A stretch of DNA of 50,447 nucleotides, filler included, from Sphacelaria rigidula (GCA_964200075.2; 3 parts of 3 records of this genome joined end to end with filler, not necessarily neighbours in it), one strand, 5' to 3'; shown: positions 38,702 through 50,447, counted from the whole stretch's first letter. Numbers and translations are program-made. The notes: generated by a model not told the origin, from the letters alone.

Positions 38702-40500
38702 CTGTTCCAAACTCGAGGAATAAGCGTGCGTGTTCCTTCTATCCCCTACTCCCTCCTCGTCACGCTCCCACGTTCTTCTCTATTGTTGTTTCTCGGTGGG
38801 TTTTCCGCTCGGGTTGCGCAATTCAAATCCCCTTGCTTTTGTCTGCATGAGCTGGGTAAAACACCGCCGCTATTTCACCTTCCGGGCGTCGGGAGCAACA
38901 AGAGCACCAATTTTAAAATGTTGGTGGTGGTTCTTGGTAAAGTACGAAGAAAAGGCGGCAAGACGGATCCTGCTCACAGAATGTTTACAGAACAGAAAAT
39001 ACTTTTTCGCGGTGGCATCAACCCGATACTGTAATGACCCACCCTGATCTATGGTGTTCTAGCTAGTCTCAAACCTTTTTCACCCAATCTTTGCGCAGCT
39101 GGCGTAAATTATTTACTTGTACAGAGAGAAGTTTGAAACCTGCCTGTAGAAAACTCGAGGAAGAGGAAGAAACACAGATCAGATGGTCAGGGGTAGACAG
39201 AACCAGGACAGCCGCGGCGCGGTCGAAATCCATTGTTTTGAAAAAACGCTACCCTAACTCTAACCCTAAGACCAACCCAAGACAAACCGAGAATCCTCGG
39301 ACAAGGGGCGCTCCAGGCGAGCATGCGTCGACAGAATTCGGATCGGCGCCGACCTGGACAAGTACGCATTATTTTACCGTACGGGGAAATGCGTGAAACG
39401 TCTTCATCACGTATGGTTGTCCGGCTGACAGTCCCGCGGAACAATTTCTCCGGAACGGAGCATTATTTCATCTCTTGTGGTATAAGTACAATTGGACAAG
39501 TGCAAGTTTGCAAGTGCAAGTTTGCAAGTTTGTGTTCCGATGATTTGGGATTCGGGCAGTTGCTATTATAATGAAGGCTCAAGGTCAACGATACTTCTTT
39601 ACTGTCGACACGTCGACACACGACTGCGACAGCATGCTATGATCCAACAGTGCTTCCACTGGCTGGCGTCACAGATCATGACCCACGCATGATCCAACAT
39701 CTCAGTTACTGCAGGCAGGACCGACTCTATTACATCGAGGTCAGATAGACCCTCCAGGCCTTTGGCCTGTGGCGTAAATCGAGTAAAATGTTCAAAACAT
39801 CCACCGCGATCATGTTTGCCCAGACTCCACTGCTCGGCGCTACAATATTATTGCAGCCCTCGGCTTGACGGTAGGAAAGTGTTTTCTCACTGGATTCCTG
39901 CTGGGTATGGTATGCACTCTGCATGGGGTGTGTATTTGTGAGTCGACAATATCTTCACGTGTTTTCAAAGTCATCTCACGATTGTGAATTACTGTCAAAT
40001 ATAGGGGAAACTTCGAGTTTGAGATACTTGTGCCTCTTCCAAGTCAAAATGATGCCAATTCACATGTGAGCCACACCCCAGACCAGTCCAACCCAGTCTT
40101 CGAAGGGTTGATTGCGCCGAGACTACATGCATGCGCGCAGAAGGTACAAACACACCATGCGTGATGCTCCCCCCCACGTCAGTCACAACAGGAAGCACAC
40201 CAAAAACAAACAATTAGCTGGGGGTGAAGTTCATGGGAATGCTCCCATCGCCTCTTCCATATACGTAAATTTCTCCAGGTGCCCAGAGGCAACCGTTCTA
40301 GCAAAAAGGATTCCGTTCTTCTCTGGCGTCATGAATACTGAATACTGTTCCAGGATAAAAAGAGGGAGTGGCCACCAGTAGGGGTCTCGTTTTTGTTCTC
40401 GAATAAAAAACCCGTTCCGATCTGGTGCTGAACATGTCGAAGAATCCCCTTATTTGTCAATGTTGAACTTGAACCATTCACTTTGACTCTGAAATGTCGG

Positions 40501-40690
40501 TGTTTGTGTGTTGTCGTCCCATCTATTCTGGACGCCCGTGTACACCTTTCGGTTTATGTGGGCGCGCCAGCCGGGGTCACACAGGAGGAAGGTCGACACA
40601 GGAGTTCTTACTTCTCTTGTTTGTTTTTAGTACCCCACCTTCCTTCTTCTGCGGTGCTTGCCTTTCTTTTTTTATCGCGACAGGGGTTCA
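40501..40690 (-). mobile_element. SINE 3' half (reverse), followed by (TA)n
   Basis: gtcgtcccatctattctggacgcc...cacaggaggaagg...tcgcgacaggggttca matches the SINE body. Confidence 0.8.
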
Positions 40691-40692
40691 AT

Positions 40693-40724
<32 letters not shown>

Positions 40725-43700
40725 CGTGGGTTATATGTGTGCGTGCGCATCTGCGAGCAGTTCTTTACTTCGTGTTCCCCGGCCTGTATCATCTCGGATG
40801 AGGATCAGGGCTTCCATACTGTACAGCTGTACTGTCTTTTTCACTCATTCGTTTTTTTGTCTTGTTTTTTCAAAAGTGTTTTCAACTTATTTTTGACGCA
40901 GATGAAAGCATGAAGATCGGTAGAATGACCCTTACTTTGAAGAACTCTCCCGGAACTGATAATGTTGGGAGTTGGAAATCTCAAGTGCTTCTATCCCAAG
41001 TGCTTCCTCTAGGCGCTGACTTTTGGTTCATCACCTTTCTGCTCAGATCGGAGGATTGATCTGGTTTCCTCAGAGCTAGGCGAAAAACATTGCCCAACGG
41101 GCTGGGGTCCGAAAAATCAATCCGCGGGAGAAAATCGGATTTAAACGGGCTGAAATCCTCATATTTTTACAAATACGGAGTGGTTGCCATACAAAGCGAT
41201 CTAATAGCGCAGAAGATTACTACGAGTATAGCGTGCGCCGAACATAGTTTTGTTCGCCTAGTAACGCACACTTAATCTGGAGCACCCTCTGCACCGTACT
41301 TGCTCGAGAGCTCTTGGTATGCCTTTAATATGGGTCAAGCTTTGCCTTTGCGAAATATTTCGGACCGAAAGAGCACGGTGATTTTTTTTCATTTTATTTG
41401 ATGGGTCGATATTTTTAATATTTGGATGCCAATATATATAAATTTAATTAATTAATTAATTAAGGATTGTTTGAGGATGGATGGTTGCATGGTTGGATGG
41501 TTGGTTTTATTTATTCAACAAGTGAAAGATAACATCGATATTTCGATATTTCAACGCAGCATATGACGCGGACTTTTTCGTTATCTTCATTTACTTTTTT
41601 CGCACATTAGCCCGATCTCTCGAATCCGTGGTCACAGGCATGAGCTCGTATTTCCTATACCGTCCTTGCTATTCTTTACAAGCGAGAGAGCTCTCATCGT
41701 TTCTTCTGGGGTTAAAAAAATGACAAAACAAGAAACGACAAACAAACAAAATGGCACCCAACAATATAAACGAGAAGAAAATCGTCAAGAAAATGAATAA
41801 TGACGATACGTATGATCTGCAGTATGCCGTCGTCAGGGACTGTTTGAATACGAATGAATTCCCATGCCCCTGAAAAAGACGGAGGTATCGCGAGGGAAGA
41901 ATTCACTCTATGCCTTAGTGCTTAATGACTTTTACCGCCTCTCATTCCCTTTTTCGGGGACAATATCAACGCATCTCCTCCCCGAACAGTCCCTGCGGAA
42001 AGAGGGTGTTATCCCACGTGTTAGCCTTTGAATACACGAATAGCAATGAATCTCAACACGTGAGAGGAGTACCAATATATTGCCTACAACATGGGTTTTT
42101 CGTTTCACAACCCGGGATCGAGACACCTCGTCGAGGAAGATATTTGTCCACTCCCTCCCTAGTGCGCGCTTGCCTGTGTTATAATCAACCGTCAGGGCGT
42201 GTTGACTACGACTATGGCGATCGCCCCCAACACGCGAGCGATAAGAAGGTTTATATCCCACGCTCACGGCAATTGGCCTTGACAATCGCGAAAGTGTTCT
42301 CCATTTCTTGGTTTCACGTATGTCTTCGTTGGAACGCCTCCGTAGACACATGTGAAACCCTAACTTCATCATAACTTCATTTTTCGAACAAGACTGTCTG
42401 TACTCTTGTTGTAAACAGGCACATACATCACGTGCAACAGACCGACGGAGAGTGCAGTAGGACAGCAGAACAGTACAGTTTACTACGCTGCATGCTGGAA
42501 CTTGGAAGAGACGAGCCCGAGACACGAAAGGTGCAGTTCACGCTCGTGATAATGCTTGTTCATCCGCTCAAGTCTGCTGTGTTCCTGCGTGTATGTACAC
42601 CGCGGAAAACGGTCGTGCTCTGTGTTTGGAGATACCCCCACGGATAGCACGCATATATATTACTGCAGTAAAGGTACAAATTGCTATACCGACAGTCCCG
42701 CGCAGTTACATAGTAGACATCTGCTAGTGAGTGAGCTACAGACAACAGCACTGCACAGTCTGAACGGCCCACTGCAAAGAACGACTCCATGACTCCAGTT
42801 GGCTGTATTCTCATGGTTTCATAGTCAACTGTACGATACCACAGCGGGTTTTGGATTCCGTACACTTCTTGCTGCGGCCGGTGCGTGCAAGAGCGTACGA
42901 GGAGCTCACCCTGAGCGTAACCTCTGCCCTCGTCCATTTTGTTCAAAACATGCTAAATTAGTCTCATGAGCATGTCAGCTGTTGAATGTGTGCCTCTGGA
43001 AAAGCCGCGGATAGAGGAAGCGAGAGGAGAAAGGAGGGAACGGGTGATTGAAAAGGGGAGTTTAATGACATGTGCTGGCAACATGCTAGCGCATTTCACG
43101 CGAAACCAGTTGTTGCATTTTTCATGATGTCGCGACACTTACCCTGCTTGTCGCCCTGTTGTTGCGTTGCATCATCCAATGACGAATTCGGGTTTGGGCC
43201 GAGCAGCTCGACTTCGTCTTTCGGTAGTCCAGTAAATCAGCACGACTTGCAGGACCTTGCGACAGCGCCGTAGCACGGCGCAATTCCATGCATTATCTGT
43301 GAAGTGAGGTTAATCTTCTTTTGCATTGTACTTTACTGTCAAAGAAGAGCTTAAGCACGCCTCCCGACAAGCACGTGTAGGCATGTATCGTGATACATGC
43401 ATCACCTGCTGCACAAACTACTGTCGTCTGTACAACAGTAGTCGATTGTTCGGAATCTCTACCCCTGACCCTCACTGGTACACCGGGTAAGGTACACCGT
43501 CCTCCACTACACGTCCAGCGAGCGGGCCTGTACCGTATCGCAAGAAGCATTGTTGACATAGGAGTGACGTGCACTTCATTGGGTAAGGATGGAGACAGTC
43601 ACGACATGATGTCATACACACGTCATGATTACACACCAAACAGGGTTGGTTAGACTGGGTTGGGTTGGTGACATGGTCAACGACTTTGTGGACACCCCTT

Positions 43701-44119
43701 CACCTCAATTGGCTAGTGATTCGTTCAAGGGCCCTCGCTCTGCTTCAAAATGGGGGAGCGAGAAAAGATCGAAGAGCGTTTGCGGTCTCTCCCCTCTGAC
43801 ACGGTATAGCACAGCAAGACAGCACAACTGTACCACAGCTAGTAGTATCACAGTTGCACATTAAACACGCCACGACGCACCATGCAACCATACCTCATAT
43901 ACATATATATTCAATGTTTACGACCGACCGAGCAGCGAACACCGTGTCAAGTTCTAGACAGCGCTCTGCTGGACCGGGCCGTTCGGAGAAGAAGCGACCA
44001 GAATCAGGAAACGGCCAAGCACGCGACACCTTGAAACCGAAGAAAGATAAGTCGGGAAACGAGGCGATCGAACGAGGTGCTCTCATTGCATTGACTATCT
44101 ATCAGGAGGAGGGAACGCT

Positions 44120-47080
44120 ATGGGATGCAGCAACTCTAAGAAGAGTGGAGATGTGGCAAGCGGAGCGAAGGACGTCGACGCAGACGCCGGCGGTGCTATA
44201 GGCGGTGGTGCGAAGGTGGGCGGTGTGAGGGGAGACTTGCGGTATAACATGCTCAAGGCTACCAAGACTGCAAACTTCGACCAGCTGTACGAGGTGCGGA
44301 ATATTCCAAGGGTCGGACGAATCAATGATGAGTCCGGAAATTACTTGATTTTTGTCTAATTGATGCGTACCGTACGAATCAATCCTTAGGCTTTGTTTTC
44401 AGCGTCGGAACCCAGGTACGCGCAGCCCAGGCATGTGGAATGCTGCAAACGTTGCGTGAAGATCTGTTTGACCAGCGGTCGACTTTTTTTCTCTCTCACG
44501 ACCAATCAGGTCTAAGAAATCGTGTATTTGGTTATTCGAACTGATGATGATTCGTCCGAACCGTGGAATATTCCTAAGGGTCGAGCGAATCACCGCTGGT
44601 TCAAATGACAGAATCTACGGTTTTTGAGGCCTGATCGCTCGAAAGGATGGTAAACATGATGGTATGGGTCACTACACAACAGAAGAATGCCGCCAGAAGG
44701 TTATGAGCCCTCGCCTCTCTGAGACAGCAGAGCACTCTATCGATTAAGCTATGACGGTGCGTTGAGGACGGACAAGATCCCAGAAGAGGGTTGAGATGTT
44801 GAGTGAGAGACGGGGGGCGAGCAGCGATGACTCGCACCTTGTCTCGGATGGCAGACAGACCACAAACCAGTCAAGCTCACAGTATGGGAGCTTGGTGGTG
44901 TTGTGTGTGTTGGCTTCAAGCCTGGAGCGTACCCGTAGCTCCGTGGCTTCCAAGGCCCACAGACAGACAGTTCGAGATCTTTGGGATCGGACTAGCCGAC
45001 AGTCAAGGAACATTCCTCGTGACTAGAAGTTTCCTATGGACAGGACCTGTTGGTCTGGTTCTGGACAGAACCAAAGGCATGTTGGTTTCGCATAGCTGGG
45101 ATTCACAATGGGCGGGGAAAAAAAAACTGTACACAAATTCTTCGCTTTTTTTGCACGTGCTTGGGGTGCGCATACCTGCGGTGCAACGGTGAAAATTGGG
45201 CCTGAAAAGTGTGGATTCGTCCAGTAGGAGTCAGTTACCCGGGAAACAAGACATTTTCAGACGATTTGTTATTTCCTCCGACCCTCGAAGAGATTCAGGA
45301 CAGAAGCACAGTACACAGATAGTGCAGACAAGCAATACGTACGAGTACTGTTGCATGTCCAGACAGTCCAGTCCAGCATGTGTTTTTTGTTTGCAATGGT
45401 TGTGTCTGCGTCGTTGGTCAGGGTACTTCGTTGAACGAATGGTTGAAATGCAAGCGTTTGGTCGAGACCTCGTGCGTCCCCTTGTCTTTGTGCTTCCTGA
45501 CCACTGCAGCTGTGATGTACTGTCTCTGCTGTGGTACAAGGAGGCAACAAACCTAAACTCCGAACTTGAAAAGTGCGCTCATGCCAAGAGGCACAGACAG
45601 ACCCTGAGTCGTTCCAGTACTGTACGGGGTTATTATAGGGTTGGACGGCATCAGGCCGAGTTGGGTCCGGTTGAGGGTTCTGTTGCCCGCATAGATTCGT
45701 ACCTGGAACTCGTGAAAACCCGAAATGGTACCCGTAGAATCTTTCATTCGTTTTTCGTGTGAAGGTGATTGTCCGTCAACAACCTCGTGTATCTTTCACG
45801 AAGAGGGTGGGGAACAGGCATTTCGCCGATTATTTGACACGTGGAAACGAGGCTGAATGTTTCGTCGTGTGATGACTCGAGTCAGTTTGTTCCGAGTTCA
45901 TCAGTTAGCCGCGATGACTCCAGTCATATTCGTGCCACGACTGCTGCCGAGATAGCTCCCCCCCCCAAAACCGGCCGAAAACGTGCACGGAGGCGATGAT
46001 TACAGCTGCCGTTAAATTTGGTTTCGTGCTGTACGACGCGACTGATTTGGGCGTTATAGCTGATTTCGGACTGCTACACGCCTCTCATGTGGGCGAAATT
46101 ACTGCAAACGAGCCCAGTAGTGGGATCGCAGCCGGTTCGTTGGATGGTGCCAGTGCACTTTTTGTGGGGGGGCTATCTCGGCATAAGTCGCACCCTCTAT
46201 AAAACAATGGAATCACTTGCAAGGGAATCTGATTTATGGCCGGCGCTTGACCGTGGCAGTAAAAACGTAAAATCTCACACATCCGTCTCGAAAAAAATCA
46301 GGCGACACGATCGCTTCACCATCTGTAGATTGGGAAGACATCACGCTCCACTCCGCCCTGCTAACTCCATCCGTGTACAGAAAGCAGAAAGTACCGGGCC
46401 ATGACGTGAGTTTCCCAAACCGGATCACGATCGATAATTATGTCACCCACAATCCACAATCAGAAAGATGTGAACCGGCACTTTCGAATTCCGAAACGGC
46501 ATTTATCGCACCGAAAACAACGCATGGTGGCTAGTAGCTAGGCTTTTGCTTTTTTATGCATGATTTTTCAACAACAACAACAAAAAATGGGTCTCGTTCA
46601 AAAGGGGGCATTTTGAAACGGGAACCCCGCCGAGGCGTCACAATTACTTATTTTTAGTGCGGAAGACCGAAAAACAATAAACCATCATTTATGCGAATTT
46701 AATGCGCGTATAACAAGCGAAAAGTGGCGTCTCCAGTCGAAGTCATCCATCCCCTCATATTCCCTGATCTCACTTACAGTAGCGCCATCTTTTCATGTTG
46801 ACCCCCTCGCCCCGAGGCCCGCAACAGTTTTTTAGCTGCCAATTCCATCTTGTTCCATGATGCAAGAGCCCCTCCGACGGTGATCACAAGATATGTAAAA
46901 GGTTATAATGCAATGTATGGGGGGGGGGGGGGTGGGGGGGGGGGAATTGGGCCGGGGAAGTTGGGGGGTTTAGGGTTTTTTTGTCGGGGGAGGGGACGGT
47001 NNNNNNNNNNCCGCTCCTTCTTGGCCCCTGACGCACCCCCCCGAGGGAGAAAAATCAAAAGAGGTGGAGGGGGGTAAAGG

Positions 47081-47112
<32 letters not shown>

Positions 47113-48176
47113 GCGTATTGAGCACGCGAATGTTGGAGGTTTCAGGTTTCTCTGTCAGGAGTAGAGACGGTTCTCCGTCTCGAATGCGATGCGGGGTCAA
47201 TGATCGAATGAGTACGACAAGGAACAAGTGAGTGTCCCGCCTCGGCTGTGCTTGTGTCTTGTGTCTTGTGTCTTGTATATGTGTGTATTTTATGCTCCTC
47301 GCGCTGATTCAGCTTCAAGAAGGAGAGCTTGGGTCGGCCGCTATGGGGTGCGTTGTGCGAGGCGCCCTGAAAAAACGCACCGGCGAAATGTGAGAGTAGA
47401 AAAAACTGCAGTGTACCTTGAACTGTCTACTATGGTATTATAGCACTCGGCTGCAAATCGAAGAGGACAGGGCACAGTGTCGTGAGACAAGAGGGAGGAC
47501 TGCCAGAGGCGAAAGGTCACTGCAGCCACGCGAAGCATAACCCGCTCCACATAAGCATCAGATAGTAGAACTCATGTAGTGGCAGGTTGTTGAATACACA
47601 AGGAGGAACAGGGCGTGTTAGAGTGTAAGAGGGGGAAATGTGGAAACTAAACGAATGTGACACATTAAATCGGTTAATCGTTTGGTACACTGGATGGTTG
47701 AGAGTAAACAATCGCGATGCATTGAGATAGATGGAATACCCTAAGACGGCAAAACAGGAAATGGATCAAGATACGTAAAGTATTTTTTTCGTCATGTGTG
47801 GAACAAACGTCCTGAGCACCCACATGTTGGAGGTGTCTCCGTTAGTAGTAGGAACGGTTCTCCGTCTCTAAAGAGATTCGTCGTCATTGGCCAAAGGACC
47901 AAGGTGAGCAACAAATGAGCACGCCCCACCCCCCCGCTGCGTTCTGGCCGCCAAACACTATGACCCCCATAATACGGTACGGTGCAAGGTTTGCATGCAA
48001 GACGTTCCTCGTGAGCAGCGTACCCAAGCGGAACCAGCAGAGGCATATTCTGGATACTCTGCGTAACGAGATCGATCTACTCAGGAGCCTGGACCACCCG
48101 AACATCGTTCGCGCGTACGAGTCGTACCAAATTGGGCAGGACTTGCATCTGATAATGGAGCTGTGCAGGGGAGGAG
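44120..48176 (+). CDS. N-terminal part of a CAMK/CDPK-type Ser/Thr kinase with an MGC acylation signal; exons 44120-44293, 47313-47389, 47989-48176; the remaining exons were not identified in the window
   Basis: Spliced product MGCSNSK...NFDQLYE|LQEGELGSAAMGCVVRGALKKRTGEM|FACKTF...LRNEIDLLRSLDHPNIVRAYESYQIGQDLHLIMELCRGG covers kinase subdomains I-V; phases are compatible. Confidence 0.88.
44298..44574. mobile_element. TIR element (~277 bp) at the start of kinase intron 1
   Basis: ggaatattccaagggtcggacgaatca ... tgattcgtccgaaccgtggaatattcc inverted repeat. Confidence 0.6.
45939..46189 (+). mobile_element. MITE family B (251 bp) in a kinase intron
   Basis: Colinear with 25436-25686; flanks ccac/gcac. 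Confidence 0.88.
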
Positions 48177-48627
48177 GTACGGTTTCCGTTCCTGTGCTTT
48201 GCTATGCCGTGTTACTCTGTGTTGTGCTGTGCGGAAAGTTTGTCTAGTTCTTGTAGTCCGGGGTCCTGTGCGTTGAGTATGCAGTATGGATTGCGACTGT
48301 AACTGTACTACTGTATAATTAAGGGATCAAAATACAAACACTTTGATTATGCTGCGGGAAACTGCGAGCTTCATAGCTGTTATATACAGCAGTAATGGCA
48401 TGAATAAGAAGAATTCGAGAACAGTATGTATATTTATTGATCAAGGCGTATCACGAAGAAGCGATGAAGATGACGCATTGAGTTTCACGCAGTCGTTCAA
48501 GCTGAAGTTTGTCAGTACCATCGTAGATGGATCGTCATACACATGTTTACCAGAATGTAAGACTGTTTTTTCATGTGGTTCGTGTATTGTTATATATATA
48601 TACAATCGTTTACTTTCGTATACTATT

Positions 48628-48965
48628 GCCGGTCGCCCCGGTGGCTCAGTTGGTACCCTCGTAACTTTCTGATGGTTGAGTTGGAGGGTTCGATTCCCGG
48701 AGCGATCTGGANNNNNNNNNNACAGTGGAGAGCGACTATGTCGTGGGTACACAACATTCGACTGAACGGTCGACGAGGGAAAGGGACAGCTGAACCCCTC
48801 TCGCGATAAAAATAAAAAAGGCAAGCACCGCAAAAGGACGGTGGGGTATTAAAAACAAATGAAAAAGAAAAAGCTCCTGTGTTGACCCTCCTCCTGTGTG
48901 ACCTCGGCTGATTCACCCCCATACACAGAAAGGTGAAGAGTGGTGCCTAAAATAAAGGGAATGAC

Positions 48966-49044
<79 letters not shown>
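48628..49044 (+). mobile_element. tRNA-derived SINE with a long (CA)n tail
   Basis: A-box TGGCTCAGTTGG, B-box GGTTCGATTCC; (CA)n at ~48967-49044. Confidence 0.88.
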
Positions 49045-49047
<3 letters not shown>

Positions 49048-49465
49048 CCTATCCCTGAACACACAGACCCACAAACCCGTGGTTCAAGTCTAGATCAAGC
49101 CATTCAAACAGAGGTTGTTCGATCGAAGAAGACGTTTTTTCTTCAGTTTCGATGTTGCCATGACTCATGACGGTGGGCGTTCGACTCCAAAATACGGGTA
49201 TAGAGAAAACTTGCGTACTAGAACTGAACTGCGATAGGAAAATCATGTATACGATGACTCTGGAATGATTTGGGAAGATTGGCCGGTAGTTGGGGGTCCT
49301 ACGAGTACGCATCCCAGGTTCTGACTCCTTGATACCATGCGTTCGCTCGATTAAACCCGCCATGATGATTCCAGTGTACAATTGTCGAGGCCCAGTCTTC
49401 TATTCCAGGGCTGAAACCAAGACCTGTTGCTCAATATCAATACATTGCCACATATTGGCATTGGT

Positions 49466-49467
<2 letters not shown>

Positions 49468-49500
<33 letters not shown>
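49468..49500. repeat. (GCA)n microsatellite
   Basis: Perfect run. Confidence 0.95.
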
Positions 49501-49501
<1 letters not shown>

Positions 49502-50209
49502 TGTACCATTATGTTGCTACGCATTATCATCTCCTTTGCACCGCCGCATGTACGGCATTGCCATTATCCATTTAGCACTACTGTGTGGATTTCCTGTACA
49601 AGTATGCCGTGATACTTCAACGATTCACCGGACGGTTCTAGGTGCGACGGGAAACAAGAGAATATCCGCCCTTGACAGGTGGCAGTGCGGTAGGGCCTGT
49701 GGCTCATGTCACTGGTACTGAACAATCCCTCCGTTTGTTGCCGGTGCGGAATGGCTCCTCTATCACGTGTTCGTCTCTTCCTCCGATATAGGTCGTATGC
49801 GCACCGTATGCAGGTGTTCGTGCGCATACATGCCAGCGGATATTTGTTTCTCACGAAGGTTCAACAAAAGACAAATACATTGAATATATATATACTGCGG
49901 AGTATATATATATATATGCGTCAACGATGCAATTTGACTGACAACTAACTAACCGGGTGTCAACGTACCTTGCACATACGTACGCAGTACCAGTCTTGAT
50001 ATGAATTTTCACACGCACGGCGGCTTTTTTTTTCTCCCCGACATGTACTGCAGTTCCTGCACACCCGCCCGCGTCATGAATACCCTTCATCGTGCCTCCG
50101 TTCTCGTGAATGCCGGTCACACGAGGTGCTGATGAGGGCGCTCGTGATCCTTCGAAGAAATACTCGTAACTGGACTGGAAAAGTTCAGGCGCACATGCAA
50201 TGAAATGCA

Positions 50210-50368
50210 GTGTGTGTGTGTGTGTGTGTGTGCGTATGTTGTCGTCCCATCTGTTCTGGACGCCGGTCTACACCTCCCGGTATATGTGGGCGCACCAGCC
50301 GGGGTCACACAGGAGGAAGGTCATGACTGGAGCGTTTTCTTTTTTGTTTGTTTTTAGTACCCCACCTT
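50210..50368 (-). mobile_element. SINE 3' half (reverse) with a (GT)n tail
   Basis: Matches the SINE body and tail. Confidence 0.82.
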
Positions 50369-50371
50369 AGG

Positions 50372-50447
50372 CCGGTCGCCCCGGTGGCTCAGTTGGTAAC
50401 CTCGGAACCCTCTGACGGTTGGGTAGTGGCTTCAATTCTCGGAGCGA
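50372..50447 (+). mobile_element. SINE tRNA-like head, cut by the window end
   Basis: gccggtcgccccggtggctcagttggta is identical to the start of the 48628 copy. Confidence 0.82.

Noticed and set aside
40003..40450. Possible MITE with aggggaaacttcga / tcgaagaatcccct ends
   Set aside because: The TIR is short and imperfect, there is a single copy, and the TSD is not clear enough to call.
41442..41463. TTAATTAATTAA run resembling the gap linker
   Set aside because: It has no flanking Ns and sits in an AT-rich segment resembling ~34060-34110, so it appears natural.
48628..48710. Genuine tRNA gene
   Set aside because: A and B boxes are present but there is no convincing cloverleaf, and the head is fused to a repeated body with a CA tail, so it is a SINE head.

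Overview
Eukaryotic, intron-rich, repeat-rich genomic DNA. The intron density, CAG/CA microsatellites and repeat types suggest a brown alga (Ectocarpus-like); this taxonomy is inference. The window is three assembly pieces joined by N-gaps that carry an artificial-looking TTAATTAATTAA linker (16752-16850, 33602-33701). Piece 1 holds a multi-exon minus-strand class-3 lipase (GHSMGG nucleophile) with hydrophobic N-terminal exons. Piece 2 looks heterochromatic: a decayed chromodomain-bearing Ty3/Gypsy element with its 3' LTR, a ~6.8 kb purine-rich (GAATGAAGT)n-like satellite with nested insertions, a 157-bp tandem array and a 69-bp CCCGCCCGGA array. Piece 3 holds a minus-strand RGS-like gene and a divergently transcribed, probably N-acylated CAMK/CDPK-type kinase. 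Throughout there are many small non-autonomous elements: ~250-bp TIR elements with 4-bp TSDs, short TIR elements with internal telomere-like CCCTAA tracts, a foldback hairpin, and a tRNA-headed SINE with a (CA)n tail. No CRISPR array, rRNA or bona fide tRNA was found. All alignments and exon calls were made by eye.
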